Both the position numbers and the translations under genes were made by a program. Of a DNA stretch of 64,000 nucleotides, positions 53,140 through 62,676 are shown in pieces. Source of the stretch: an uncultured Geobacter sp. (GTDB taxonomy: Bacteria > Desulfobacterota > Desulfuromonadia > Geobacterales > CAIOGM01). The stretch's first letter is position 1. Every line of letters starts with the position of its first letter. The stretch spans positions 4,857 through 68,856 of the forward strand of contig CAIOGM010000128.1 of NCBI GenBank assembly GCA_903857795.1. The letters run 5' to 3'. The notes under the pieces were generated by a model. It worked only from the letters and a program-made list of their open reading frames with translations. It was not told the origin of the DNA and did not search any database.

Positions 53140-54218
53140 AATAGCGAAAACTTCACATACCTGCCCGGGTTCATCTTGATGTCATTGACCAGGAGGTCCA
53201 CCGAATTCACCATGCCGTTCATCTTGTCGTACAGCTCCCTCTCCCCTATCAGCTTTCCGGCGGTCCCCTCACCCCGGTTGATCCGGGCGGCCACCTCCTC
53301 CAGAGACTTGAGAGAGTTGTCGGCGCGAGTCAGGAGATCGGTCCCCTTGTCATAGAGCTTCCGATCATTGATGAGCAGGCCGATGGTCCCCTCTGGGGAT
53401 GAGATCTTCCGGTTGAGCGCGCGCACATCCTCGGCAGCCTGGACGCTCTTGTCGGCCAGGAGCACCAGTTTGTCGTAGAGCTGCCGGTCGTGAATAAACC
53501 GGTTCATGGTCCCATCCGACTCACTGATCTCCTGAAGCGTTCGATCGGCCCGTTCCAGGATGGAAATCAACCGGTCATAAGGCTCACTGCTCCCGATCAG
53601 CTTGCCGATAGTCCCCTTGCCCCCATTGATGTCGCTGACGACCCTCCCCAACTGGCGAGAGAGGAGCGCCAGGTTGTCATAGAGCTTCGGGTCCCTGGTG
53701 AGCCGGCCCAGACTCCCCTCTCCCTGATTGATCCGGCCGACGATCCCGTTGAGCATCTCGAACGATGAGTCCGCCTTCTTCATGACATCTTCAAAGCGGA
53801 CGGTCTGCACCCCCACGAGCCGGTGAAGCGGTTTGAGAGAATACGACGCACTGGGCGTGACGTCCACATACTTCTCCCCCATGAGCCCCCGGGTCTTGAT
53901 GGTGACCACCGAATCGGCACCGATCTTCTTCAGAGACTCTTCGTCCACTTCCAGGACGATCTCCACCTCATTACTCTTCTCCGGTTTCTCGAAACCGACG
54001 CCGGTCACAACCCCCACATCAATCCCCGCCAGCCAGACCGGCGCCCCAACCTTCAGACCGGCCACATCGTTCATGATGACCGAAAGTGTGCCGGTGGCGC
54101 TGAAGAGCTTGCTCTTCTGCCCCATCAGGATGATGCCTCCGGCAAGGAAGAGGAGGGCGCAGACGATGAAGATCCCCACCCTGACCTGAGCCCACGTTAT
54201 GTTGTCGCTTCGCTGCAT
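53136..54218 (-). CDS. MlaD/MCE-domain protein with repeated C-terminal helical motifs
   Basis: N-terminal TM helix plus an MCE domain (LSVIMNDVAGLKVGAPVWLAGIDVGVVTGV). About five GxxGxLIxDxxLYD repeats follow. Confidence 0.8.
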   Translation of the reverse strand: MQRSDNITWAQVRVGIFIVCALLFLAGGIILMGQKSKLFSATGTLSVIMNDVAGLKVGAPVWLAGIDVGVVTGVGFEKPEKSNEVEIVLEVDEESLKKIGADSVVTIKTRGLMGEKYVDVTPSASYSLKPLHRLVGVQTVRFEDVMKKADSSFEMLNGIVGRINQGEGSLGRLTRDPKLYDNLALLSRQLGRVVSDINGGKGTIGKLIGSSEPYDRLISILERADRTLQEISESDGTMNRFIHDRQLYDKLVLLADKSVQAAEDVRALNRKISSPEGTIGLLINDRKLYDKGTDLLTRADNSLKSLEEVAARINRGEGTAGKLIGERELYDKMNGMVNSVDLLVNDIKMNPGRYVKFSLF

Positions 54219-54289
54219 CTAGACTCCTTCCGGGACCGAATGGAAGCACGGCCCACCCTTTTCACTCCTCGCGCCTTTCCCCTCACGCT

Positions 54290-55060
54290 TCAAAGCTCCC
54301 CTCCCGGCTTCCGGTTCACCGTGAAGAGCGATTCGTCTGTTGGCGTGAGAAACTCCCGGATGGCGGGGAGCGCCGAGCCAAGCATCTCCTCCCGGCTCCC
54401 CTCGAAGACCATCCTCGCCTTGTGGATGAAAGAGAACCGCTCCGAAACGTTGAAGGCCGTCTCCAGGTCATGGGTCACCAAGAGGGCGGTCTTCCCTTCC
54501 TCCTGGAGCCGCCGGATGACGTTACAGATATTGTAGACCCCGATGGGGTCCAGCCCTGTGGTCGGCTCGTCGAACAAAATATACTCCGGCTCCGAGGCCA
54601 GGGCCCGGGCAATGGCGGCCCGTTTCTTCATCCCCCCGGAGAGCTGGGCCGGATAACGGTCGATGGTATCCTCCAGCCCCACAAAGGAGAGTTTTTCCCG
54701 GACCACCCGCTCCACCTGAGACTCGGGCCGCCCCTCTTCCAGCAACCGGTACCCGACGTTCTCCCCCACGGTCATGGAGTCGAAGAGCGCCCCCCCTTGG
54801 AAGACGATGGCGAGCCGGCTCCGGACCCTGATCAACTCGCTCTCCGAGAGTCCGGCGATCAGCTCTCCGTCGATGCTCACCGTCCCTGAATCCGGCCGCA
54901 GGAGCCCCAGCATCAGCTTGAGGATGGTGGTCTTACCGACCCCCGACGCACCGAGGATGGTCCGGTTGACCCCCTTGGCGCAGAAGAGGTCCACCCCCTG
55001 AAGGATAGTGCGGCCGTCAACAGAGTAGGTCAGATTGTGGAGACGTATCCCCTGTTCCAT
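54290..55060 (-). CDS. ABC transporter ATP-binding protein (MlaF-like)
   Basis: Walker A is GASGVGKTT, the signature is LSGGMKKR, and Walker B is ILFDEPT. Confidence 0.85.
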   Translation of the reverse strand: MEQGIRLHNLTYSVDGRTILQGVDLFCAKGVNRTILGASGVGKTTILKLMLGLLRPDSGTVSIDGELIAGLSESELIRVRSRLAIVFQGGALFDSMTVGENVGYRLLEEGRPESQVERVVREKLSFVGLEDTIDRYPAQLSGGMKKRAAIARALASEPEYILFDEPTTGLDPIGVYNICNVIRRLQEEGKTALLVTHDLETAFNVSERFSFIHKARMVFEGSREEMLGSALPAIREFLTPTDESLFTVNRKPGGEL

Positions 55061-55368
55061 GGATTACCCAGCCCAAAAATGTGCTCAGAGCTCTACACCA
55101 ACTTCACCCGCCCCCGGCGGAGGAGGGAAACGGGGGTGATCTCTGCCGCATCATACGTGGAATGGCTCTCAATGGCAACAATGAGGAGTCGCGGCTTTCC
55201 AATTCCTGACGCGGCTCAGGGAACGGAGCAGTCATGATGAATCGAGTAGGGTGCGGTTGAACCCGCGCCCTCTCATGAGGTTCTTGATCTGAGTCAAGGA
55301 GCCGCAACCGGGGAGTGGTATGATGACGGACGATAAACTACTCTTCATCCCAGGCTTTCGGCGGCCCC

Positions 55369-55935
55369 ATGAAACAACGCATTACCCTCCTCATCGGGAG
55401 ACATCTCCCGCGAATATATTCCTCTGCCCGGCTGCTGCGACGCTGTAGGGCCCCACTTTGCGGGCCTCGGCCCCCCATGTCGCTCCGTTATGCCGTCTGG
55501 AGTCTCATCAGCTCCACGCTGGGAATCCTGGCTATCGGCGAGATGACCACCCTGTTCGGCCACCCCCTGCTGATCGGCTCCTTCGGCGCCTCGGCGGTGC
55601 TCCTCTTCGGCGCTACGGAGTCGCCCCTGGCCCAGCCGCGCAACCTGGTAGGCGGCCACCTTCTCTCCGCCGGGGTCGCCGTAATCGTTGTCGCGCTCTT
55701 TGGCTCCTCCCCCTTCACCATGGCCCTCGGGGTGGGTCTCGCCATCTTCGTGATGAACCTGACCCACACGACCCACCCGCCGGGAGGCGCCACGGCCCTG
55801 ATCGGCATACAGGGAGCGGTCGGTCCGGGGTTCATCCTGCTGCCGGTACTGGCTGGCGCCCTGATCCTCCTGGTTACGGCGCTCTTCACCAATAATGTTG
55901 TGTATCACCGTTCCTACCCCAAACAGTGGCTTTAG
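55369..55935 (+). CDS. HPP-family membrane protein
   Basis: Motifs: LIGSFGASAVLLFG, RNLVGGHLLSA, THTTHPPGGATALIG. The real start may be an internal Met (MSLRY...). Confidence 0.75.
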   Translation: MKQRITLLIGRHLPRIYSSARLLRRCRAPLCGPRPPMSLRYAVWSLISSTLGILAIGEMTTLFGHPLLIGSFGASAVLLFGATESPLAQPRNLVGGHLLSAGVAVIVVALFGSSPFTMALGVGLAIFVMNLTHTTHPPGGATALIGIQGAVGPGFILLPVLAGALILLVTALFTNNVVYHRSYPKQWL

Positions 55936-56648
55936 TGCCCCGAAAAGGTCATCCCGTGCGCCCCATCATCGCCCCAAAAGTCCCGACAGCGCTCCTGCTC
56001 CTGCTCATGCTCCCTGCTCCGGCCCTGGCCATCCCCACCATCACCTGCCACTGTTTCACCGACCGCTCCTTTGACCCTGCCCGTCCTGCCATCGCCGACC
56101 CCTATTTCCTGGCCACGACACAAAACAGCTTCTTTGCCTTCCTGTTTGCCGTGGAGAAGAAGAGCATAGTACTCAAGAAGCAGCGGGGGGTCTCCGCCGA
56201 CGATCTCTGGATCGCCTACTGGGTGGCGTCCCGAATGGGCGGAACGCCGGAGAGTCTGCTCCAGGCACGGCAGGAGAGGGAGACATGGCAGGAGGTTCTG
56301 GCACCCCCCCTGCAGCCAACCTCAAAGGGGGTGGGGGAGCGCTTCCTGACCCTCCTCAACGCCAAGGGGTCAGCATCCCGCCTGGCAGAGGCGGTGGTGG
56401 ATGAGGAGCTCATCCGGTACCGACTCCTGGGAGAAGGCGAGCTGATCGCCCTGCGCAAAGCCGGAGCCTCAAATCAGGAGCTCATCATCTCCTGCCTCAT
56501 CGCCGCGAAGACCAGAGAGCCGGCCCGGCAACCCTATCTCCAGGTAAAAAATGGTTCCAAGACGTGGGGTTTTCTGCTCCAGGGGGCAAAGATCGATATC
56601 AAGGAGCTGCCACGGGAGATTTCCGGCATTCTAAACAGGGGGGCGTAA
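55926..56648 (+). CDS. secreted hypothetical protein with CHC motif
   Basis: It has a signal peptide (…TALLLLLMLPAPALA|IPTITCHCFTDRSF) and no recognisable family. The start is uncertain, with GTG at 55926 or 55956. It overlaps the HPP gene end by 10 nt. Confidence 0.45.
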   Translation: MALVPRKGHPVRPIIAPKVPTALLLLLMLPAPALAIPTITCHCFTDRSFDPARPAIADPYFLATTQNSFFAFLFAVEKKSIVLKKQRGVSADDLWIAYWVASRMGGTPESLLQARQERETWQEVLAPPLQPTSKGVGERFLTLLNAKGSASRLAEAVVDEELIRYRLLGEGELIALRKAGASNQELIISCLIAAKTREPARQPYLQVKNGSKTWGFLLQGAKIDIKELPREISGILNRGA

Positions 56649-56777
56649 ATTAGAAAAAACACACAAATGCTTTTCCCCAAAGAGCTCGCCGCTTTTTCGG
56701 CTGAAAATTTTCCGTAATGCTTGTATAGTCTGCCGGGCTGGCAATGGCGGTATCTTCAAGAGGAAAGAGCTGAAAAT

Positions 56778-58394
56778 ATGAAGCAGGCAATGGTCGTAGT
56801 GCTGATGTTGATGGCGGTCATGTCACGACCGGTTTCCGGTTCCTGTGATGAGCGCGCCATCCCCGATCCTGTGCCGAAAAACAACTGGTCATGCACGGAG
56901 ATATCCGAGCTCGGCGCAGGGCTCCAGTCAGGCGCCCGTCTGCCGGACCAGCCGACGGTGCCGCGCCGGGAGGTGGCTGCGGCGCTCCTGTCGATCCTGG
57001 AAAAGGTTCAGCAGAAGTGCAACGCCGAGGGGCCCGACGCCCTGTCAGCGGAAGAGCGCCAGAGGCTGTCCGCTCTCCATGAGGCACTGAAGGAGGAGCT
57101 GGAAAGTTTCGACGCCTACAAGAACGTACGGGAGACCATCGAAAAGATACTCGGCCCGGCCGAAGAGCCCCCCTACTTCTTCAAGGTCGGGGTCAGCGGG
57201 TTTCTCCGCGGAGAAGGGAGCGGCAATTTCACCTCCACCCTCTCCGGCTCCGGCTACACCCCTGGCGCCGGTGTCGGCAGGCTGCTCTACCGGATCGCCC
57301 CCTACCTGGAGTGGAGCCCCGCCGACTACCTGGAGATGAAGGTGCAGGGGCAAGGGTACGGGTTCACCCTGGGGAGCCCCCGCGACAGTCAGTTTCTCCT
57401 CTACCAGGCATATCTGGAGCTCTCCCCGCTTGACACGAAACAGGTCAGCCTGAGAGTCGGCCGGCAGGAGTTCGTCTACGGAAGCACCTTCATCCTCGGG
57501 GCCAACAGCTTCTACAACGGTCTGACCTTCGATGCGCTCCGACTCAGAATCAAGCCGCTGTCCGAACTCACCCTCGACCTCCTCGGAGGCTATTACGCCG
57601 CGCCCCTGGACAACTCCTTCAAAGATTCCCTCATGGGCGCCTACCTGACCTATCCCCTGCGGGAGGGGAGCGGCATCGAAGCCTACTATTTCCATGATCA
57701 AGGGCCGCAGTACAGTCATTCCGGCGAACAGCTGGATACCTTCGGAGTGCGGGGAACCGTCCGGTTCGGCCCGGCAGCCCTTGAATTCGAGCCGGTGTAC
57801 GAGACAGGCCGGCTCACCAATCCCGCCGGCGGCATGGAGAGTATCGGCGCCTGGGGGGGGCATCTGGATCTGTCGCTGGACGCCACCATCGGCGGATTCA
57901 AGAACAGCTTCATCTGCGGCTACGCCTACGGATCAGGGAGTCAGGATGCCGCCGACGGTCGGTCGCTGCGCAGAGAGTTCAGCAATGCCAACAACAATAC
58001 CTCGCTCATCGGAGACATGGGGCTCATCCACGACCTGGCGGGATACAGCAGCAGCGATGGCGTCCATGCCAGCGGAATGCAGATAGTCACGGCGGGATGG
58101 GGGATAAATCTCCGGAAAGAATTGAACTTCAGCGCCACCGGCCACTACTTCCGGGGGAACTACACCCCTGCCGGAATAAGCCGCGATCTGGGAGTTGAGA
58201 GCGATCTCATCCTGACCTGGAACATCAACGAAGAGACGGCGCTCATCGTCGCCTATGACCGCTTCTTCACCGGGGAATTTTTCAGGGACGTAAGCGGCTC
58301 GACCAAAGACATTGACTATGGTTACATAATGCTCCAGTTCAATCTCTTTGCCGGGATAAAGAAGCCGGTAAAGAGCGGCCGTCCCACCCTCTGA
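56778..58394 (+). CDS. alginate-export-family outer-membrane beta-barrel (porin-like)
   Basis: The start is taken at MKQAMVVVLMLMAVMSRPVSG (GAGGAAAG upstream). An N-terminal helical segment precedes a barrel with LRVGRQEFVYGSTFILGANSFYNGLTFDALRL, which is typical of the Alginate_exp family. Confidence 0.6.
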   Translation: MKQAMVVVLMLMAVMSRPVSGSCDERAIPDPVPKNNWSCTEISELGAGLQSGARLPDQPTVPRREVAAALLSILEKVQQKCNAEGPDALSAEERQRLSALHEALKEELESFDAYKNVRETIEKILGPAEEPPYFFKVGVSGFLRGEGSGNFTSTLSGSGYTPGAGVGRLLYRIAPYLEWSPADYLEMKVQGQGYGFTLGSPRDSQFLLYQAYLELSPLDTKQVSLRVGRQEFVYGSTFILGANSFYNGLTFDALRLRIKPLSELTLDLLGGYYAAPLDNSFKDSLMGAYLTYPLREGSGIEAYYFHDQGPQYSHSGEQLDTFGVRGTVRFGPAALEFEPVYETGRLTNPAGGMESIGAWGGHLDLSLDATIGGFKNSFICGYAYGSGSQDAADGRSLRREFSNANNNTSLIGDMGLIHDLAGYSSSDGVHASGMQIVTAGWGINLRKELNFSATGHYFRGNYTPAGISRDLGVESDLILTWNINEETALIVAYDRFFTGEFFRDVSGSTKDIDYGYIMLQFNLFAGIKKPVKSGRPTL

Positions 58395-58409
58395 CAGAAG
58401 GAGTTCTTT

Positions 58410-59435
58410 ATGCATATGGCTGATGCGCTGTTGTCACCAGCTGTCGGCGGCTGCATGTGGCTGGTATCGGCCGGAACCATCGTGTACTGCTCCAGGAGAG
58501 TACGCCGGGAGCTCGACGAGCGGCGCGTGCCGCTCATGGGAGTTCTCGGCGCGTTCCTTTTTGCCGCCCAGATGATCAACTTCTCCATCCCCGCCACCGG
58601 CTCCAGCGGCCATCTGGGGGGAGGGCTCCTGCTGACGATCCTTCTGGGAGCGGACGCCGCATTTCTCACCATGGCATCGGTGCTGGTCGTGCAGGCGCTC
58701 TTCTTCGCGGACGGCGGTCTTTTGGCCCTGGGGTGCAATCTGTTCAACATGGGGTTCATCCCGGCGTTTATCGTCTATCCGTTCATCTACCGGAAACTGG
58801 AGGGGGACGATCCCAACCGGAAACGGATGGTCGCCGCCACCATCCTCTCCGCCCTGGCCGGATTACAACTGGGACCGTTCGCCGTCGTCCTGGAGACCTG
58901 GCTCTCCGGCATCTCTGCGCTCCCCTTTTCCGCGTTCCTGCTCCTCATGCAGCCGATCCACCTGGCCATCGGGGTCGTGGAGGGGGTAGTGACCATTGCC
59001 CTGCTCCGCTTCGTACACCAGGCCCGGCCTGAGATCCTCGCCCGGCCTCGGGGTGATGCTCCGGGGAACGCCCTGCTCGTCGCGTTCCTGGCCGCGGCAA
59101 TCTTCACGGGGGGAGCTCTTCCCTGGTTCGCCTCCAGGCACCCCGACGGCCTGGAGTGGGCCATTGCCCACGCGACAGGGGAGGAGAAGCTTAAGGATTC
59201 GAAACGGGGAATTCACCAGACCCTGGCCGCGCTGCAGACGAGGACCTCCTTCATGCCGGAGTACGCCTTCAGGAGCCCTCCCAAGCGGGTTTCCGACAAC
59301 CGGCAGTCGGCAGGGCCGGAGGAGAAGAGTGCCGGCACCGGTACCGCAGGGGTCATCGGTGTCCTGCTCACCCTTGGAGCGATTCTCGGGAGCGGAGTCA
59401 TCCTCAAGAAACTGACCCACCCGGCCTTAAGGTGA
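58410..59435 (+). CDS. cbiM: ECF-type Co/Ni transporter substrate component CbiM fused to a PDGLE domain
   Basis: The N-terminus is MHMADALLSP (compare MHIxDG). CbiM TM core: INFSIPATGSSGHLGGG, FFADGG. The C-terminal part has RHPDGLEWAI (PDGLE) and a final TM helix. Metal specificity is not determinable from sequence. Confidence 0.75.
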   Translation: MHMADALLSPAVGGCMWLVSAGTIVYCSRRVRRELDERRVPLMGVLGAFLFAAQMINFSIPATGSSGHLGGGLLLTILLGADAAFLTMASVLVVQALFFADGGLLALGCNLFNMGFIPAFIVYPFIYRKLEGDDPNRKRMVAATILSALAGLQLGPFAVVLETWLSGISALPFSAFLLLMQPIHLAIGVVEGVVTIALLRFVHQARPEILARPRGDAPGNALLVAFLAAAIFTGGALPWFASRHPDGLEWAIAHATGEEKLKDSKRGIHQTLAALQTRTSFMPEYAFRSPPKRVSDNRQSAGPEEKSAGTGTAGVIGVLLTLGAILGSGVILKKLTHPALR

Positions 59436-59498
59436 TTCCGGAGTACAGCCACGTCCCCTCCTTGCAGAGAGTGACCGAGAGCGGCGGAGGACGTTATC

Positions 59499-60311
59499 AT
59501 GGGCTCCATTGACGGGGCGCTCCTGGATTTCAAGCGGATGGAGCGACTGGCAGCCGGGGAGACGGCGCTCCATCGCCTCGACCCGCGGGCCAAGCTGCTG
59601 GCGACGTTTGTCTTCATCGGCATAGTGATCTCCTTCGATAACTATGCGGTGACCGCCCTGACCCCATTTTTCATCTTCCCCGTGGTCATGGCCACCCTCG
59701 GCGGGCTCCCTCCCCGCTACCTCATCAGAAAGATCGCGCTTCTCTCCCCCTTTGCCCTGGTGGTTGGGCTCTTCAACCCGCTCTTCGATCGGGAAGTGCT
59801 CCTCCAGCTGGGGGGGATCGGCATCACCGGCGGCTGGCTCTCCTTCGCCTCCATCGCCCTTCGGGCGCTCCTCACCATCAGTTCCGCGCTCATCCTGGTG
59901 GGGGTTACCGGTTTTACCCCCCTCTGCCGGGCCCTGGAGCAACTGGGGACGCCTCGTCTCTTTGTCGTACAGCTCCTCTTCCTTTATCGCTACCTCTTCA
60001 TACTCACCGATGAGGGGATACGGCTCTCTCGGGCCAGGGGACTTCGCTCCTTCGGCGGCAGGGGGTTGGGGATCGGTTCATTCGCCCCGCTGGTCGGTCA
60101 TCTCCTCCTCCGGACCTGGAGCCGGGCGGAACGGATCCATGGGGCGATGCTGGCGCGGGGGTTCAGCGGAGAGTTCCACCCCAGCCGGGAGTGCCGCTTC
60201 GGCGCAAAGGAGCTGCTCTTCCTGGGCGGCTGGTCGGCCCTCTTCGTCATACTGCGCCTCTACAACCTCCCTCAGCTGCTGGGGACGCTGGTCACCGGGA
60301 TCCAACCATGA
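59499..60311 (+). CDS. cbiQ: ECF transporter transmembrane (T) component CbiQ
   Basis: 270 aa with LDPRAKLL, multiple TM helices, and ARGLRSFGGRG... and MLARGF motifs typical of CbiQ/EcfT. Confidence 0.8.
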   Translation: MGSIDGALLDFKRMERLAAGETALHRLDPRAKLLATFVFIGIVISFDNYAVTALTPFFIFPVVMATLGGLPPRYLIRKIALLSPFALVVGLFNPLFDREVLLQLGGIGITGGWLSFASIALRALLTISSALILVGVTGFTPLCRALEQLGTPRLFVVQLLFLYRYLFILTDEGIRLSRARGLRSFGGRGLGIGSFAPLVGHLLLRTWSRAERIHGAMLARGFSGEFHPSRECRFGAKELLFLGGWSALFVILRLYNLPQLLGTLVTGIQP

Positions 60312-61072
60312 GTCACCATATCGTCGAGGTCAAAAACCTCCGCCACGTCTATCCCGACGGTGGCGCGGCCCTGCAAAATGTCTCCTTCCGGATAACCCAC
60401 GGCGAGTCGGTGGCGATCATCGGGGCCAACGGCGCCGGCAAATCGACCCTGCTCCTCCATCTGAACGGCGCCCTTCTGGCCACAGACGGTGAGGTCCGGA
60501 TCGGTGATCTCCCGCTCACTAAAAAAACGCTTCCCGCTATCCGGCGGACGGTGGGGATGGTCTTCCAGGATCCGGACGATCAGCTCTTCATGCCCACGGT
60601 TCATGATGATGTGGCCTTCGGTCCCTTGAATCTCGGCCTCACCGGACCGGAGGTCGAACAGCGGGTACACGACGCCCTGGAGCGGGTGGGAGTCGAACAT
60701 CTCCGGAACAAGGCCCCCTACAACCTCTCCGGAGGAGAGAAGAAGCGGGTCGCCATCGCCACGGTGCTGGCCATGTCACCCGACATCCTCGTGATGGATG
60801 AACCGACCAGCGGGCTGGACCCCTTTGCCCGGCGTCAGCTCATGGGCCTGCTCAGGGAGTTCCGCCATACCAAGATCTTCACCAGCCATGACCTGGATAT
60901 GGTGCTCGACCTCTGTGAACGGACCATCGTGCTACATGAAGGAGGGATCATGGCCGACGGCCCCACTCTGGAGCTTTTCAGAGACGAAGAACTGCTGAGC
61001 CGCTGCCGGCTGGAAAAACCGCTCTCCCTGCAGGGGTGCCCGGTCTGCGGCTCACCGGCCCGGACATCGTGA
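60308..61072 (+). CDS. cbiO: ECF transporter ATPase CbiO
   Basis: The start MSHHIVEVKNL overlaps the cbiQ stop (ATGA). Walker A is GANGAGKST, the signature is LSGGEKKR, and Walker B is LVMDEPTSGLD. Confidence 0.85.
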   Translation: MSHHIVEVKNLRHVYPDGGAALQNVSFRITHGESVAIIGANGAGKSTLLLHLNGALLATDGEVRIGDLPLTKKTLPAIRRTVGMVFQDPDDQLFMPTVHDDVAFGPLNLGLTGPEVEQRVHDALERVGVEHLRNKAPYNLSGGEKKRVAIATVLAMSPDILVMDEPTSGLDPFARRQLMGLLREFRHTKIFTSHDLDMVLDLCERTIVLHEGGIMADGPTLELFRDEELLSRCRLEKPLSLQGCPVCGSPARTS

Positions 61073-61094
61073 GCCTGCCACGAAGCGGCGCCCC

Positions 61095-62573
61095 ATGAGC
61101 AGCTGGCCGAAACAACCGGTCATCTACGAGATCAACTGCTGGGTCTGGCTCCGGGAGCTGGGGAACAGGTTGGACCACCCTATCACCCTGGCCACCGTTC
61201 CCTGCGAAGAGTGGGAGCTCCTCGCCGGCCTGGGGGTGGATGCGGTCTGGCTCATGGGGATCTGGGAGCGGAGCCCCGCCGGCATCGCCATCGCCGGCAC
61301 GCACCCGGGGCTGCTGGCCGACTTCCGTCGGGCTCTCCCCGGCTTTGTCCCCGCAGACAACGTCGGCTCCCCCTACTGCATCCGCCGCTATCGCGTCGAC
61401 CACCACCTGGGGGGTGACGAGGGGCTCGCCATCACCCGTCGTGAACTGCAGAAACGGGGAATCCGCCTCATCCTCGACTTCGTCCCGAACCATCTGGCAA
61501 CCGACCACCCGTGGGTTACCGACCACCCGGAGTTCTTCATCACGGGAAGCGATAACGACAACCGGGTCGCTCCCGCCTCCTTCAGAGAGGCCGGGGGGAG
61601 GCTCCTCGCCTGCGGCCGCGACCCCTACTTCCCCCCCTGGCCCGATGTGCTCCAGCTCAACGCCTTCGATCCTGGACTCCGGAAGGCAGCCGTGGAGACC
61701 CTCTCCGCCATCGCCGACCGGTGCGACGGGGTCCGCTGCGACATGGCTATGCTTGTCATGAACGATATCTTTGCGAAAACCTGGGGAGAGCGGGTGGGGC
61801 CGCAGCCGGACCGGGAGTACTGGCCCGAGGTGATCGGAGCCCTCCGGAGCAGTCACCCCGGCTTCCTCTTCATGGCCGAGGCGTACTGGGACCGGGAGTG
61901 GGCGCTGCAGCAGCAGGGATTCGACTACTGTTACGACAAGCGGCTCTACGACCGGCTGGCCCACGGCTCCACGGAGGAGCTCCGGCGCAATCTCAGCGCC
62001 GACCTGGCCTATCAGGAGCGTCTCGTCCGGTTCATGGAGAACCACGACGAACCCCGCGCCGCAGCCACATTCTCACGGGAGCAGGCCAAGGCAGTCGCCG
62101 TCATCGTCGCCACCCTGCCGGGGGCAGTTCTTCTCCACGAGGGTCAGCTGGAGGGGCGCCGGATCAGACTCCCGCTCTTCCTTCACCGCCGTCCCGCGGA
62201 GCCTCCGGATCAAGAGCTCCGGGAGTTCCATGTCGCCCTCCTGCGGCTCATCTCACGGGAAGGGGTAAAATCAGGCCGGTGGAGCCTCTGTCACTGTGAG
62301 GGGGGGGATGAAAGCGGACTCTGCAATCTGGTGGCCTGGAGCTGGGAGGAGGGAGAACGGGGCCATCTCGTGGTCGTCAACCTCTCCCCGGAGCGGGCTC
62401 CAGGCTGGATCACGCTCCCGCCAGGAGAGTTAGCCCCGGTGCCACGGCGGCTGAGAGCTCTTCCGGAGGGGGAGATATTACTGACGGTTGGTGAGGAACT
62501 TGGGGAGTCGAAGGTCACGGTGAACCTCCCCCCTTGGGGATTTCAAATCTTTGCTCTTGGATCTCAAAGGTGA
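61095..62573 (+). CDS. alpha-amylase-family (GH13-like) glycoside hydrolase
   Basis: Conserved regions: LILDFVPNH, GVRCDMAMLV, FLFMAEAYW. The 355-aa opposite-strand ORF here is a GC-driven shadow. Confidence 0.7.
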   Translation: MSSWPKQPVIYEINCWVWLRELGNRLDHPITLATVPCEEWELLAGLGVDAVWLMGIWERSPAGIAIAGTHPGLLADFRRALPGFVPADNVGSPYCIRRYRVDHHLGGDEGLAITRRELQKRGIRLILDFVPNHLATDHPWVTDHPEFFITGSDNDNRVAPASFREAGGRLLACGRDPYFPPWPDVLQLNAFDPGLRKAAVETLSAIADRCDGVRCDMAMLVMNDIFAKTWGERVGPQPDREYWPEVIGALRSSHPGFLFMAEAYWDREWALQQQGFDYCYDKRLYDRLAHGSTEELRRNLSADLAYQERLVRFMENHDEPRAAATFSREQAKAVAVIVATLPGAVLLHEGQLEGRRIRLPLFLHRRPAEPPDQELREFHVALLRLISREGVKSGRWSLCHCEGGDESGLCNLVAWSWEEGERGHLVVVNLSPERAPGWITLPPGELAPVPRRLRALPEGEILLTVGEELGESKVTVNLPPWGFQIFALGSQR

Positions 62574-62598
62574 CCACACACAAGCGGGAGATTCCCCG

Positions 62599-62676
62599 TC
62601 ACGTAACTGCTACATCCTTCTGGCCACGACCTCTTACCACCCACCAGAGCAGGGTGTGCGTATCCAGCACGATCAC
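62599..62676 (-). pseudogene. truncated PIN-domain (VapC-like) toxin remnant, 25 codons
   Basis: The GTG overlaps the antitoxin stop (GTGA). It translates to VIVLDTHTLLWWVVRGRGQKDVAVT*. The first 11 aa match the PIN N-terminus (xLDTHxLLWW), then similarity is lost and a stop follows. A full-length PIN toxin would be about 130 aa. Confidence 0.55.

Noticed and set aside
55061-55368. Hidden MlaE permease or small membrane ORF upstream of the MlaF-like gene
   Set aside because: Only a 67-aa hydrophilic Arg/Pro-rich ORF (55104..55307) exists here, with no TM segments. I regard the region as a divergent promoter region.
56649-56777. Cobalamin or NiCo riboswitch, or NikR operator, upstream of the porin-cbiMQO genes
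   Set aside because: The leader is only ~130 nt. I could not find a B12-box-like GCCACTG element, conserved NiCo helices or a GTnTnAC-type inverted repeat. This should be settled with Infernal, but nothing in the sequence supports the call.
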